Shown: positions 1 to 10,976, counted from the first letter of the stretch. The stretch: 64,000 bases of DNA from an uncultured Chloroflexia bacterium (GCA_963842805.1 CAWJIA010000011.1:23649-87648), one strand, 5' to 3'. Made by a program: numbers and translations. Notes: a model not told the origin generated them from the sequence alone.

Positions 1-212
1 GGCTTGATGGCCAGTATAATCACATCTGCGCTTTCGATAGCGGCCAGGTTGTCCCCGGTTACCTTCACTTTATACCTGTTATTGAGAAAATCGCGCCGGG
101 ACTTCATTACATCGCTGATAATGATATCTCCCCGATCTGCCAGTTTTTTGTGCAATGTGCTTCTAATGATGGCTTCCCCCATGGTGCCACCACCCAGTAT
201 AGCTATCTTCAT
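1..212 (-). CDS. proC: Pyrroline-5-carboxylate reductase, N-terminal fragment (gene continues beyond window start)
   Basis: Reverse-strand translation from ATG at 212 gives MKIAILGGGTMGEAIIRSTL...ADVIILAIK, a Rossmann GxGxxG N-terminus typical of P5C reductase; no stop before position 1. Confidence 0.6.
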   Translation of the reverse strand, partial: MKIAILGGGTMGEAIIRSTLHKKLADRGDIIISDVMKSRRDFLNNRYKVKVTGDNLAAIESADVIILAIK

Positions 213-215
213 GAT

Positions 216-908
216 TTAACTCCTTTCACCGAATATCGCCCGTCCGATACGTATCATGGTAGCTCCCTCTTCGACAGCCACCTCGAAATCATCGGTCATG
301 CCCATGGAAAGCTCTTTAAACCCGAAATGTTCATTTAACTCTCTCAGCTTGCGAAATACCGGCCGCACCTTTTCAGGATCATCCACTGCCGGTCCAATGG
401 TCATCAAGCCCAGAACCTCGAGGTTAGGCAATGCTGTGACCACCTTAATATTGGCGTCCAGGTTTTCAATCGGGAAGCCGTATTTAGTTTCCTCCTCCGC
501 AATGTTGACCTGGACCAGGACGGTCGATTTCTTGCCCGCACTCTCATTTAGCATGTTGGCCAGGCGCAGCGAGTCCACACTCTGGATTATGTCAACCGTT
601 TTTACGGCATCCCTAACCTTATTGGTCTGCAAATGCCCTATAAAATGCAACGTCAGTTTCGACCGGATGTCGCTTAATTCACTGTACTTGGCCTGTGCTT
701 CCTGTACCCTGTTTTCTCCGAAATGCCTGAGGCCAACCTGGAATGCCATATGCACAGCCTCCGCTGGAAAGTTCTTGGTGACCGCTACAACCTTGACCGT
801 GGATATATCCCTGCGACCCCTCTCACAGGCATCAGCCAGGCGCCGCTGTATATTTTGGATATTGGCAGCTACACTCTGGCGCAGACCACCAGCTTCAGAC
901 TTGTCCAC
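216..908 (-). CDS. YggS-family pyridoxal-phosphate homeostasis protein (alanine-racemase-fold)
   Basis: 230-aa ORF; sequence ...VKVVAVTKNFP...LHFIGHLQTNKV...MGMTDDFEVAVEEGATMIRIGRAIFG matches YggS/PROSC family; stop abuts proC start. Confidence 0.8.
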   Translation of the reverse strand: MDKSEAGGLRQSVAANIQNIQRRLADACERGRRDISTVKVVAVTKNFPAEAVHMAFQVGLRHFGENRVQEAQAKYSELSDIRSKLTLHFIGHLQTNKVRDAVKTVDIIQSVDSLRLANMLNESAGKKSTVLVQVNIAEEETKYGFPIENLDANIKVVTALPNLEVLGLMTIGPAVDDPEKVRPVFRKLRELNEHFGFKELSMGMTDDFEVAVEEGATMIRIGRAIFGERS

Positions 909-923
909 TTCTTACGCACGGTT

Positions 924-2153
924 TCATTCGTATATTTTTTCCTCCTCTGCTCCCGCCTCCTGCGCATCCTCCTCAACATTGCGCACCTTTTCAACCGGTT
1001 TCAGGGTCTCACGATAATACTCATGCTGGATAATTAAGTCCATTATCTCACTGGTGCCTGTCCATATAATGGAAAGCCTGGCGTCGCGCAACATTTTCTC
1101 AATAGGATATACGTTGGTGTAGCCGATACCTCCCACTACCTGCATAGCATTGTTGATTACCTCCCAGGCAGCTTCCGTGCCGAATTTCTTGGCCTCCGAT
1201 ACCAGCCTTCTGGTATAGCCAGTGCTTCCCAGTGAGTCGACGGCTGAAGATGCGCCGTAAACCAGCATCCTGGCTGCATCGAGCTTGGTCACGCTGTCAG
1301 CTATCCTGAAACTTACTCCTTCGAACTCACGGATCTTGCGGCCGAAGGCTTTTCTCTTGTCGGTATACCTGGCTGCAACCTCGAGCGCCGCCCTGGCCAT
1401 GCCGATAGCGCCGGCCGCAGAGGTCATCCTCTCCGGGATCATCATCTGGTTGAATACCTCGGCACCCCGGTTCAGTCCCAATACCAGGTTTTCCTTAGGC
1501 ACCTTGGTATCCTTAAAAACCAGTCTGCCGGCGCCACCACCCCTGGTGCCGAGCAAGCCGTATATATATTTGGCTTCGACGCCCATGTCCCTTTCGACTA
1601 TAAATGCGCTTATGTTTTTGCCTGCCGAGCCCTCGGTCCTGGCATAGACCAGGAATATATCAGCACCCTCAGCTCCAACCACAAACCTTTTCTGGCCATT
1701 TAAAATGAAATAATCGCCTCTCTGCACAGCCGTCGTGGTGGCACCAAAGAAATCGGAACCGCCCCTGGGCTCCGTCAGCGCTTCAGCACAGAATATCTTG
1801 CCCTTGAGCAAAGGCTCCAGATACTGGCGTTTTTGCTTGTCCGTGCCGAACACGTCGAGCGACTCACCGACAATGCTGACCAGGGAGAACAGGCAGCCCA
1901 GGGACATGCCGAGTACACCGATTTCCTCCAGAGCTATGGCCTCGTCCACCCATTTCAATCCCCGTCCACCGTACTCGGTGGAAAAGCGCAGGCCCAATAG
2001 GTTTTTCTTGGCAAGGCCGATAACATATTCACGGGGATACCTGATCTTATCGGCGTCCATATCCAGCAATAGCTGTTTGGGGACCGATTTCACATATTGC
2101 CTGACTTCGTCACGTAGTAATTTTTGCTTCTCCGTCATCAATGGTTCAAGCAT
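924..2153 (-). CDS. Acyl-CoA dehydrogenase family protein
   Basis: 409-aa ORF with ACAD hallmarks ([33 protein letters not shown]-terminal IWTGTSEIM-like motif). Confidence 0.85.
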   Translation of the reverse strand: MLEPLMTEKQKLLRDEVRQYVKSVPKQLLLDMDADKIRYPREYVIGLAKKNLLGLRFSTEYGGRGLKWVDEAIALEEIGVLGMSLGCLFSLVSIVGESLDVFGTDKQKRQYLEPLLKGKIFCAEALTEPRGGSDFFGATTTAVQRGDYFILNGQKRFVVGAEGADIFLVYARTEGSAGKNISAFIVERDMGVEAKYIYGLLGTRGGGAGRLVFKDTKVPKENLVLGLNRGAEVFNQMMIPERMTSAAGAIGMARAALEVAARYTDKRKAFGRKIREFEGVSFRIADSVTKLDAARMLVYGASSAVDSLGSTGYTRRLVSEAKKFGTEAAWEVINNAMQVVGGIGYTNVYPIEKMLRDARLSIIWTGTSEIMDLIIQHEYYRETLKPVEKVRNVEEDAQEAGAEEEKIYE

Positions 2154-2205
2154 GTTTTCACCTCGCGCTGTAATACAGCTTAATACCGCTTATTATAATG
2201 CGGCG

Positions 2206-4698
2206 CTATTTCAATACGATGTTGAGCAGCTTGCCAGCAACGTAAATGATTTTGAGGATGTCCCTGCCCGAGGTATAGGATTTAATACGTTCCTGATCAA
2301 AGGCTATTTTTTTAGCTTCGTCTTCGGTAATGGATGCCGGCACCGTCAGCTTATCCCGAACCTTGCCGTTTATCTGTACGACCAGGGTTACTTCCTCATC
2401 TATAGCCAGCTCCGGGTCCCATGCCGGCCATCTCTGTTTATGTATGCTGTAGGGTAGCCCGAGGCCCAGCCACAACTCTTCGGCCATGTGCGGCGCTGAA
2501 GGCGCAATTAAAATAAGTAGATTCTTGATGGCTTCATCCCACGTCGCCTTAGAAACGGAGCCCGCCTCTAAAACCTTGTTCAATAAGTTGGAGTATTCCA
2601 TGAGCGCGGCCAGCATAGTGTTGAAGCGGAAGCGCTCCATATCCTCGGAAGCTTTTTTTATTGTCTTGTGCATAACCCGCTTGCAATCCTTTTCACTCTC
2701 GGAGTCCACATCCTTTACAGCATAATCCGAGGATGCCAGGTTCCAGATCCTGCTCAGCCAGCGGCTCATACCTACGATGCCGTTGTCATTCCATTCACCT
2801 CCCTGCTCCCAGGGACCCACGAACATGAGGTAGACGCGCACGGCATCGGCGCCCATATCGGACACATAGTCATCCGGTGTGACTACGTTGCCCTTAGATT
2901 TACTCATTTTCTCGCCCTGGAAGACTATGATGCCCTGGTTAAAAAGCCTGGTAAAGGGCTCGTCGAAATCCACCAGACCCATATCACGTATGGCCTTGAT
3001 AAAGAAACGCGAATACAGCAGGTGCATGGTTGCATGTTCAGCTCCACCGGTATATAAATCGACCGGCATCCAATATTTCAGCTTGCTTTTTTCAAAGGGG
3101 AATTTATCGTAGCCGGGGCTTGTGTACCGAAGGAAATACCATGAAGAGCACATAAAGGTATCCATGGTATCCGTCTCCCTTTTGGCAGGGCCGCCGCATT
3201 CGGGGCAGGTAGTATTTACGAACGATTCGCAGTACTTGAGCGGCGACTCGCCGGTAGGCCGGAACTCCACGTCGGGTGGTAATAATACTGGAAGATCCTT
3301 TTCGGGCACCGGTACGATGCCGCATTTGGGGCAATATATCATGGGGATGGGTGCTCCCCAGTATCTCTGACGTGATATCAGCCAGTCACGCAGCCGGTAC
3401 GTGATAGTCTTTCCACCCCAGCCTTTACTTGCCAGGTAATCGCAGATCGCCGATTTCATCGCTTCGTTATCCAGACCGTCGAACTGCTTGGAGGAGTTGA
3501 CCATCTTGCCGCCTTCAATATGGGCGGCTTCAAGGTCCTTGCCATCCCAATCATATGGCGCGACAACTATCCTGATGGGGATGCCGTATTTCTTGGCAAA
3601 GTCAAAGTCCCTCTGATCGTGTGCAGGCACGCCCATGACTGCTCCGGTGCCGTATTGCGGCAGCACGTAATCTGCGATCCAGATGGGGACCTTTTCACCG
3701 TTAACAAGGTTGATCACGTAACTGCCCAAAAATACGCCGGTTTTCTCGGTCTCGGCGGCGGTCCTTTCGAACTCGGTCTGCCTTTGGGCCTTGCGTATAT
3801 AATCCTCGACTTCGGCTTTTCTGTTTGGGGTAGTCAGGGCATGAACCAGCGGATGCTCAGGCGCCAGCACAAAGAAGGTGACGCCGAAAAGCGTGTCAGG
3901 GCGGGTTGTAAATACCCGGATCTCCTTTTCGTCAATGCCCGGATGGTCCAGCCCGAATGAAATATCGGCCCCGTAGCTTTTACTTATCCAGTTGGTCTGC
4001 ATGATACGGATGCGCTCGGGCCAGTCTATGTTTTTATATTCGAGCAGCTCATCGGCATAACGTGTGATACGAAAGAACCATTGCTCGAGCTGCTTTTTCT
4101 CCACAGTACTGTCGCAGCGCCAGCAAACACCATCGCCCACCACCTGTTCATTGGCCAGCACCGTCTGGCATTTGGGGCACCAATTGACGGCTGCCTTGCC
4201 GCGATAGGCGAGACCGGCCTCATAAAGCTTCAAGAAAAACCATTCGGTCCATTTATAGTATTCGGGCAGACAGGTGACGACTTCCCGGGTCCAATCATAA
4301 ATAGCGCCGATGGTCCGAAGCTGGCGGCGCATATTCTCAACATTTTTAATCGTCCAGTCGGCCGGATGCACGCCCGTAGCTATAGCCTTGTTCTCCGCCG
4401 GCAGTCCAAAAGCATCGAAACCCACAGGATGCAAAACGTTATATCCCTGCATACTCTTATATCTGGCATAGACATCAGAGGGAGCCATGGCATACCAGTG
4501 CCCAATGTGCAGGTCTCCCGATGTATAGGGAAACATGGTTAACGCATAAAATTTCGGCCTCGGGTCATTCTCTTTGACTTCATATAAGTGGTCTGCCGCC
4601 CATCTATCCTGCCATTTCTTCTCTATTTCTTGCGGGTTGTATTTACTCGAAGCTTTCATAATAGTGGAAATTTTAACTTCAGAACCCTCTATCGTCAA
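2206..4698 (-). CDS. leuS: Leucine--tRNA ligase
   Basis: 830-aa ORF with class I HIGH (HIGHWYA) and KMSKS (KMSKSKGNVV) motifs and CP1 editing-domain region; length typical of bacterial LeuS. Confidence 0.95.
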   Translation of the reverse strand: MTIEGSEVKISTIMKASSKYNPQEIEKKWQDRWAADHLYEVKENDPRPKFYALTMFPYTSGDLHIGHWYAMAPSDVYARYKSMQGYNVLHPVGFDAFGLPAENKAIATGVHPADWTIKNVENMRRQLRTIGAIYDWTREVVTCLPEYYKWTEWFFLKLYEAGLAYRGKAAVNWCPKCQTVLANEQVVGDGVCWRCDSTVEKKQLEQWFFRITRYADELLEYKNIDWPERIRIMQTNWISKSYGADISFGLDHPGIDEKEIRVFTTRPDTLFGVTFFVLAPEHPLVHALTTPNRKAEVEDYIRKAQRQTEFERTAAETEKTGVFLGSYVINLVNGEKVPIWIADYVLPQYGTGAVMGVPAHDQRDFDFAKKYGIPIRIVVAPYDWDGKDLEAAHIEGGKMVNSSKQFDGLDNEAMKSAICDYLASKGWGGKTITYRLRDWLISRQRYWGAPIPMIYCPKCGIVPVPEKDLPVLLPPDVEFRPTGESPLKYCESFVNTTCPECGGPAKRETDTMDTFMCSSWYFLRYTSPGYDKFPFEKSKLKYWMPVDLYTGGAEHATMHLLYSRFFIKAIRDMGLVDFDEPFTRLFNQGIIVFQGEKMSKSKGNVVTPDDYVSDMGADAVRVYLMFVGPWEQGGEWNDNGIVGMSRWLSRIWNLASSDYAVKDVDSESEKDCKRVMHKTIKKASEDMERFRFNTMLAALMEYSNLLNKVLEAGSVSKATWDEAIKNLLILIAPSAPHMAEELWLGLGLPYSIHKQRWPAWDPELAIDEEVTLVVQINGKVRDKLTVPASITEDEAKKIAFDQERIKSYTSGRDILKIIYVAGKLLNIVLK

Positions 4699-4781
4699 TA
4701 TTCAGGGTGGTATAGAAGTGGAAATGTTGTCGAGGCGAAAAATTGTTATCATGGTCTTAGAGATTGCTTGCGAAATAAGTT

Positions 4782-5159
4782 ATGCGCCGAGAGAAATTTG
4801 AGGACCTGGTTTTGGATGCCATTTCCAACATTCCGGAGGAATTCAAAGAACTCCTGGAAAATATCGATATAATCGTGGAAGACTGGCCCAGCAATAGCCA
4901 GATTAAAAGGTTGGGACTGAAAAACAAATACGAGCTTCTGGGTTTATACGAAGGAATTCCCCGAACCAGAAGGGACCATAGCTACAACCTGGCACTGCCA
5001 GATAAAATAACGATATTCCAAAAACCCCTGGAGGCAGACTGCTCCTCAGAAGAGGACTTAAAGCAGGAAATCATCAGGACAGTGAAGCACGAAATCGCCC
5101 ATTACTTTGGGCTTGACGATGACCGTCTTGAAGAAATAGAAAACGACGGTGATACTTAA
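4782..5159 (+). CDS. Small putative zinc metallopeptidase (HExxH, DUF1025-like)
   Basis: 125-aa ORF with HEIAHYFGLDDD motif near C-terminus. Confidence 0.55.
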   Translation: MRREKFEDLVLDAISNIPEEFKELLENIDIIVEDWPSNSQIKRLGLKNKYELLGLYEGIPRTRRDHSYNLALPDKITIFQKPLEADCSSEEDLKQEIIRTVKHEIAHYFGLDDDRLEEIENDGDT

Positions 5160-5241
5160 TTACTATTGATTTACATTTAATTTTAGAGTAGAGTATTACA
5201 AAGGTGACATGTGTGGTAAATATTTTGGAGGCTAATATTAC

Positions 5242-7005
5242 ATGAGAAGGTTGCTGATATCGTTACCGATCGCACTGTTGATATTGATGGCGATTATTAC
5301 CCCTCGTGCAGCTTTTGCTGAGAGTGTATTATCCAACGACCCTGGCTCATGCGGTTTTGAACGGTCAGTTTCAACTTCTGGATCATCGTATCCTTCATAT
5401 TTCGCAGCAGATAACACCACTTTGCCTGACGGCCTGGTCCTCAAGAAAGGTTCACCCTTTATAACACCCTCCGAAGTCAACAAAGGTGATGTAGTCACGA
5501 TAAAAGTTAGCGCCACTAATTCGGGTCAGCAACAGATCATTTACCCTCTCGCAGTCCAAGTCAACGGCAAAACAGGCACTTCACAGACGATCACACTGGA
5601 CCCGGGTCAGACCAATGATAATATTATATTTCAGATAAATGCCGATGATTCCGGCAATAATGCAGTCATAGTCGGCAATTTACAGGGGTTTTTTACGGTT
5701 AAAGATAGCGGGTCATTTCTGGATATGTTTCCTCCTTACCTCTGGGGATTCTTCGGAATCGTGCTCGGGGTGATTATTATGTTGATTGTTCTGATGGCAA
5801 CCAAACCTTCTAAGCGAAAACCGGGAGCGCCGGGTGAGCAGCTTAAAAAGGGCGCCAAGCAAAAAGGCAAACCGGGTAGACCAGGTATGGGAGATGCCCA
5901 GATGCCAGGGGTCCCGCAACGTCCGGGCATGGCTGGCATGCCGGAAGGGATGTTCATGAGCATGCAAACACCAGGCCAGCCGGGGATGCCTCAGGATATG
6001 TCTACACCGGGCATGCCTGGAATGCAGCAGCCGTTCCAGCAGCAACCGCAACCGGGTATGCAGCCACCATTCCAACAGCCAAACCAACCGGGTATGCAAC
6101 CTCCCTTTCAACCCGGTATGCAGCCATCCGGTATGAGGGGCTCTCCTCCTGGCGGACAACCTCCCATGCAGGGAATGCCTCCAGGGGTACAGCCGATGGG
6201 CCCGGGAATGCCCCCTCAAATGGGTGGCCAACCGGGAATGCCATTCGGGATGCAGCGGCCTCAGCCTGGAATGTCTCCTGGAGCGCCGCAGATGCCTCCT
6301 CCCGGCCCGCAATATATGCAATCGGGCCCGCCGACTATGACATCACCTATTCCGTCGCAGGGTATGCCTCCCGGTATGGGCCCATCAGCTCAATCAGGTA
6401 TGCAACCTCCTGCAGCCTCCGGAGCAGGACCGATGATTGTGCCCAAGTTTTCGGTTAGCAACCTCACTATTACACCAAACAAGGTCAAAGCGGGCGAGCC
6501 TGTTAATATAAGCATCATCGTCTCCAATAATGGGATGCAGACCGGCAAATACAGCGTTGTGCTGAGAATCGGTGGGGTCGTTGAAAACATCAGCGACCTT
6601 TCCCTGCCACCCGGCGCCAGTCAAACTGCCGGTTTCACGGTCGTTAAAGATGTTCCCGGCGATTACTATGCCGATATTGACGGCCTCGGCGGTTTTTTCA
6701 CAGCCATTCCCCTGGTACCGCCTTCATTCATTATCAGCAATTTCTCCATCGGCCCTGAACGTGTCAGGCAGGGACAACCGGTGATCGTCACAGCTTCAGT
6801 AACAAACGTGGGTGAGATCACAGGGAATCACACCCTAATTCTGCGTGTAAAGGGATTATCCGAGAGCCAGCAGGAAATTAACCTGGGTCCCGGCAAGATG
6901 CAGAATATCGAATTCCAGATCATAAAGGATACGCCGGGCTTTTATCCGGTAGCGCTGGAAAATTGGACCGGCAAATTTGTGGTAGAGATGGACTGGAACG
7001 GCTGA
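5242..7005 (+). CDS. Signal-peptide membrane protein: CARDB-like domain, one TM helix, ~230-aa Pro/Gly/Met/Gln low-complexity region, two C-terminal CARDB-like domains
   Basis: N-terminal signal peptide MRRLLISLPIALLILMAIITPRAAFA; TM LWGFFGIVLGVIIMLIVLMAT; degenerate PGMQPPFQQ repeats; C-terminal KAGEPVNISIIVSNNG... and RQGQPVIVTASVTNVG... CARDB-like modules. Confidence 0.6.
   Translation: MRRLLISLPIALLILMAIITPRAAFAESVLSNDPGSCGFERSVSTSGSSYPSYFAADNTTLPDGLVLKKGSPFITPSEVNKGDVVTIKVSATNSGQQQIIYPLAVQVNGKTGTSQTITLDPGQTNDNIIFQINADDSGNNAVIVGNLQGFFTVKDSGSFLDMFPPYLWGFFGIVLGVIIMLIVLMATKPSKRKPGAPGEQLKKGAKQKGKPGRPGMGDAQMPGVPQRPGMAGMPEGMFMSMQTPGQPGMPQDMSTPGMPGMQQPFQQQPQPGMQPPFQQPNQPGMQPPFQPGMQPSGMRGSPPGGQPPMQGMPPGVQPMGPGMPPQMGGQPGMPFGMQRPQPGMSPGAPQMPPPGPQYMQSGPPTMTSPIPSQGMPPGMGPSAQSGMQPPAASGAGPMIVPKFSVSNLTITPNKVKAGEPVNISIIVSNNGMQTGKYSVVLRIGGVVENISDLSLPPGASQTAGFTVVKDVPGDYYADIDGLGGFFTAIPLVPPSFIISNFSIGPERVRQGQPVIVTASVTNVGEITGNHTLILRVKGLSESQQEINLGPGKMQNIEFQIIKDTPGFYPVALENWTGKFVVEMDWNG
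6040..6130 (+). repeat. Imperfect ~30-33 bp tandem nucleotide repeats encoding QPGMQPPFQQ units
   Basis: caaccgggtatgcagccaccattccaacagcc / caaccgggtatgcaacctccctttcaacc / cggtatgcagccatcc seen directly in sequence. Confidence 0.6.
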
Positions 7006-7024
7006 CGACCCGATTACAAAAAGC

Positions 7025-7504
7025 CTATTCCGTTTCTTCGTCGGTTTTAAGTAACTGGTCCTGATCTTGAAGATAGTCTATGTACAGGATCCCGTTGAGG
7101 TGATCTATTTCGTGCTCAAGTGCCTGGGCCAGCAGTTCTGTAGCCTTCTTGCGGACCAGTTTGCCATGCCTATCCCTGGCCCTAACCTTGACCGACTCCG
7201 ATCTTATTATCTCGGCCTGGTAACCTGGTATGCTCAGACAACCCTCTATTACACACCTTTCACCCTTCTTTTCAACTATTTCCGGGTTAATCAACGCTAT
7301 GACATCCTCCTCCTCAGGAGCTTTTATAACTATGATGCGCAGGGGTATCCCCACCTGGTTGGCCGCCAGACCCACACCGGGCGCAGCAGTCAGCGTTTCG
7401 ATCATGTTGTCAATAAAGCGCTGTACGGAATCGATGTCAGTGACCCGTTTGGCTTTTTTCCTGAGAACAGGATCGGGGTTGGTACGAATTCTCAATACGG
7501 CCAT
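7025..7504 (-). CDS. def: Peptide deformylase
   Basis: 159 aa; motifs GVGLAANQVG, EGCLSIPG, HEIDHLNG. Confidence 0.9.
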   Translation of the reverse strand: MAVLRIRTNPDPVLRKKAKRVTDIDSVQRFIDNMIETLTAAPGVGLAANQVGIPLRIIVIKAPEEEDVIALINPEIVEKKGERCVIEGCLSIPGYQAEIIRSESVKVRARDRHGKLVRKKATELLAQALEHEIDHLNGILYIDYLQDQDQLLKTDEETE

Positions 7505-7513
7505 GCTAAGTAA

Positions 7514-9736
7514 TTAAAGCATACCAACAGGGTCAATGTCCAAAATCCATCCCAGTGGGAAATTCACTTTTTCCAGTATATTCTGAACGTTGTCACCCAG
7601 TATGATTAGCTGTACCTGATGTTTACCTCGCAATCTTGAAACAAAGGCTGGCGCAGGACCTATTAATTTAAACCTTTCCACACCTTGTTCTTCGATAATT
7701 AACTTGATATTTGTGGCCAGCCTTCCGGCTTCCGCTCGGCACTTCTCTTCACTACTATGGCTGTAAACCAAGCGAACCATCCTGGAAAACGGGGGGTAAC
7801 CAAACTCCCGTCTATAGTTCAATTCACTCTTATAAAATCCGAGATAATCATGCAGCGCGGCATATCTGATAGCGTAATACCCTGGATTATAGGTCTGAAT
7901 AACCGCTTTTCCTGCTATTTTTCCACGACCGGCCCTGCCTGCAACCTGGCACAAAAGCTGAAATGTTCTTTCTCCCGAGCGGAAGTCCGGCAGATTCAAA
8001 CCGGTATCCGAGTTAACGATGCCTACCACAGAGACGCTGGGAAAATCCAGGCCCTTAGCCAGTATCTGGGTGCCGACTAAGATATCGATCTCACGTTTGC
8101 GAAAGCTGTTCATAGTTTTTTCATATTCCCGGGTTTTGGTCATAGTATCACTGTCAAAGCGCAGCACCCTGGCATAGGGGAATAATTTCCAGCATTCTGC
8201 TTCAACCGTTTCGGTGCCGATGCCAAAATATTTAATCTCCTTGCTGGAACAATTAGGACAGGTGTTGAGAATGGGGTAAGTGCGCCGGCAGTGATGGCAT
8301 ATCAGTCGCTTCTCCGCAGAATGGTAAGTGAGGGAGCCCGAGCACCTTTTGCAGTTTGGCACAAATCCGCAATTCATGCATTCCACGAAGGTCGACTGGC
8401 CGCGCCGGTTGATAAAAAGTATAACCTGCTCCTGCTGCTCGAGGGCCAGCCTTATCTGGGCTTTGAGCAAGCGGCTGAAGATGCCGCGGTTCCCTGCCTT
8501 GAATTCATCCCTCATATTGACAACACTAACTTCCGGCAAAGGTGTACTGCCCAATGGTGTGATACGTTCTTTTAGCTCGATAATCTCGTATTCACCATTA
8601 ACAGCCTTATAGTACGTCTCGATATCCGGCGTAGCGCTGCCCATGATCAGCGTGGAACCCGTCAGCTTGGCCAGATGTACTGCCACATCGCGGGCATGGT
8701 ATCTGGGTGTTTGGTCGGACTGCTTATAGGCCCATTCATGTTCCTCGTCCATTATGATCAATCCGAGGTCGGGCTGTGGAGAGAAGATGGCGCTACGCGG
8801 GCCGATTACTATGTCAAAATCCCCCTCTTGGATACGCCTCCATTCATCGTACTGTTCTCCCTGTGAAAGCTTGCTGTGGAATACGGCAACCCTGCCCGGA
8901 AACCTGGAAAAGAAACGATTGACGATTTGCGTGGTCAGAGAAATTTCAGGCACCAAACATATGCCTTTTTTACCGCGCTTTATCGTCTCTGCCAGCGCCC
9001 TCAAATATATCTCCGTTTTGCCACTACCAGTAACGCCGTGCAATAGAAACAGCTTCGGTTTACCGGCACCACCCTTACCATCCATGGCATTTTCTATTGG
9101 ACGCCAGGCCAGGTTCTGGTTATCGGTGAATGTGAAAGGCAGTTCCAGAGCAAGCTCGCGGCGGGCCAGCGGGTCACGGCTTACCTCTATTTCCTCCTCG
9201 ATCGCCAACCCTTTCGCCAGCAGCGTCTTTATAACGCTCCGGTCCAGATGCAATTGTCCCAGAATTTGGGGCACCGGTAATCTGCCTCCGGATTCGGAAA
9301 GCAATTCCAGTACAGCACGCTGTTTAGCTGATGCGCTTTTCCCGGCCGAACCGCTTTTTGCCCGTTCACCTTCAGGAACAAGCGCTAAATATTTTAATGA
9401 TTTCGGTTTGATAACAGTGTTTCTTTCAAAACCGGGGGGCAGAAACAGGGCAATTGAGCTCCAAAGCGGCGAGATGTAGTAGTCGGCAATCCACAGAGCG
9501 ACCCTTATACGTTCGGACGATATGATCGGGGATGAAGAGATAACCTGCTCTATATCTCTGGTATCGGGGAAAGAAGGTTTACCCGTAACCTCAATGATAA
9601 TCCCCTGCAGGAGTCTGGGACCAAAAGGCACCCGGACCCCGTAGCCAACCTCCACCTTTAGTGTATCCGGGATTGAGTAGGAGAAAGTATGTCGATGGCC
9701 GCCAGGCGCATTGACGGCCACCTCAGCATATTTCAT
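7514..9736 (-). CDS. priA: Primosomal protein N' (replication restart helicase)
   Basis: 740 aa; Walker A GVTGSGKTEIY, DEEH box, Cys-rich zinc-binding insert (CxxC...CxxC), C-terminal helicase motifs. Confidence 0.9.
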   Translation of the reverse strand: MKYAEVAVNAPGGHRHTFSYSIPDTLKVEVGYGVRVPFGPRLLQGIIIEVTGKPSFPDTRDIEQVISSSPIISSERIRVALWIADYYISPLWSSIALFLPPGFERNTVIKPKSLKYLALVPEGERAKSGSAGKSASAKQRAVLELLSESGGRLPVPQILGQLHLDRSVIKTLLAKGLAIEEEIEVSRDPLARRELALELPFTFTDNQNLAWRPIENAMDGKGGAGKPKLFLLHGVTGSGKTEIYLRALAETIKRGKKGICLVPEISLTTQIVNRFFSRFPGRVAVFHSKLSQGEQYDEWRRIQEGDFDIVIGPRSAIFSPQPDLGLIIMDEEHEWAYKQSDQTPRYHARDVAVHLAKLTGSTLIMGSATPDIETYYKAVNGEYEIIELKERITPLGSTPLPEVSVVNMRDEFKAGNRGIFSRLLKAQIRLALEQQEQVILFINRRGQSTFVECMNCGFVPNCKRCSGSLTYHSAEKRLICHHCRRTYPILNTCPNCSSKEIKYFGIGTETVEAECWKLFPYARVLRFDSDTMTKTREYEKTMNSFRKREIDILVGTQILAKGLDFPSVSVVGIVNSDTGLNLPDFRSGERTFQLLCQVAGRAGRGKIAGKAVIQTYNPGYYAIRYAALHDYLGFYKSELNYRREFGYPPFSRMVRLVYSHSSEEKCRAEAGRLATNIKLIIEEQGVERFKLIGPAPAFVSRLRGKHQVQLIILGDNVQNILEKVNFPLGWILDIDPVGML

Positions 9737-9741
9737 CCAAA

Positions 9742-10170
9742 TTATTTAGATTCAGAAGACGGATCGGCGGGTGCAGCTTCGGCAGCAGGCGCATCTTCAG
9801 CCGTAGCTATAACAGCATTCTCGGCTATACGCTCACGCCTCTCCTTTAGCCTGGCTTCCTTGGTGCTAAGTCTCCTGATATAGTATAATTTGCTACGACG
9901 CACCTTACCGTGCCTTACAACTTCAATTTTTTCCAGCAGCGGTGATGCCAAAGGAAATGTATGTTCAACACCTACCCCGGAAGTAACCCTGCGAACCGTG
10001 AAATTCCCGCCAGCCCCGTTCTTGGCAATTTTGATCACCAGGCCGGGGAACGTCTGCAACCTTTCCCTGCTGGCTTCCTTAATCTTGAAACTAACACGTA
10101 CATTATCACCGGCCGACAGCTTGGGCAAATTCGGGTTTATTTTAGTTTTTCCTAGAATCTTGATGTCCAT
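9742..10170 (-). CDS. rplS: 50S ribosomal protein L19 with Ala/Glu-rich C-terminal tail
   Basis: 142 aa; conserved L19 core (GDNVRVSFKIKE...RLQTFPGLVI...RRLS); 5 bp gap to priA. Confidence 0.9.
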   Translation of the reverse strand: MDIKILGKTKINPNLPKLSAGDNVRVSFKIKEASRERLQTFPGLVIKIAKNGAGGNFTVRRVTSGVGVEHTFPLASPLLEKIEVVRHGKVRRSKLYYIRRLSTKEARLKERRERIAENAVIATAEDAPAAEAAPADPSSESK

Positions 10171-10193
10171 TTTATGATCCTTTTCCTTAGAAT

Positions 10194-10976
10194 TTAATTA
10201 TTGTTCAAATCTACAGATTTTAGCATCTTGTGCTCTTTATCTGTTAGTAAAGCCTTATTCAACAGGTCCGGCCGTCTGCTGGCGGTCCGCCTCAGGCTCT
10301 CCGCTCGACGCCAATCTGCAATCTCTTTATGATTACCCGATAGCAATACGTCGGGCACTTTCCAACCTCTGTATTCCGGCGGCCTGGTGTATTGAGGATA
10401 TTCCAGCAGGCTCTCTATATGGGACTCTTCTGCCAGTGAAGTACTTGAACCGATAGCACCGGGCAACAGCCTCACCAGGCAATCTATGATCACCATAGCC
10501 GCGACCTCGCCGCCGCTCAATAAATAATCCCCGATACTGATCTCGTCTGTAGCCAGGTGCTGGGCAACCCTCTCATCTATGCCCTCATAGTGGCCGCATA
10601 TCAATATTATATTGCTTTCCTCAATGAGCTTACCTGCCAGTTCCTGCGTAAACAACCTTCCCTGGGGAGTCAGCAGAATAATACGACAATCAGCTGCCTG
10701 ATTTTCAGTTTTTACGAATTCGACTGCTTCAAATATGGGGCCTGGTTTCATGACCATCCCCGCTCCCCCACCATAGGGATAGTCATCCACCGTATTATGC
10801 TTATCATGCGTAAAATCCCTAATATTATGTAATCTTATATCTACGACCTGCTTTTCGGCAGCTCTGCCGATAATGCTGTGCGCCAGATATCCCGAAAAAG
10901 CCTCAGGGAAGAGTGTCAATACATAAATACGTAACACGGGTGCAATCGTCCGTATATACCTAAAATAGCAAACCAT
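10194..10976 (-). CDS. trmD: tRNA (guanine37-N1)-methyltransferase
   Basis: [44 protein letters not shown] motifs; true start may be internal GTG near 10937 ([12 protein letters not shown]). Confidence 0.9.
   Translation of the reverse strand: MVCYFRYIRTIAPVLRIYVLTLFPEAFSGYLAHSIIGRAAEKQVVDIRLHNIRDFTHDKHNTVDDYPYGGGAGMVMKPGPIFEAVEFVKTENQAADCRIILLTPQGRLFTQELAGKLIEESNIILICGHYEGIDERVAQHLATDEISIGDYLLSGGEVAAMVIIDCLVRLLPGAIGSSTSLAEESHIESLLEYPQYTRPPEYRGWKVPDVLLSGNHKEIADWRRAESLRRTASRRPDLLNKALLTDKEHKMLKSVDLNNN

Noticed and set aside
5713-6321. 202-aa His/Arg-rich minus-strand ORF and other ORFs overlapping the PGM-rich repeat region
   Set aside because: Frame artefacts of the GC-rich tandem repeat encoding the Pro/Gly/Met/Gln tract on the plus strand.
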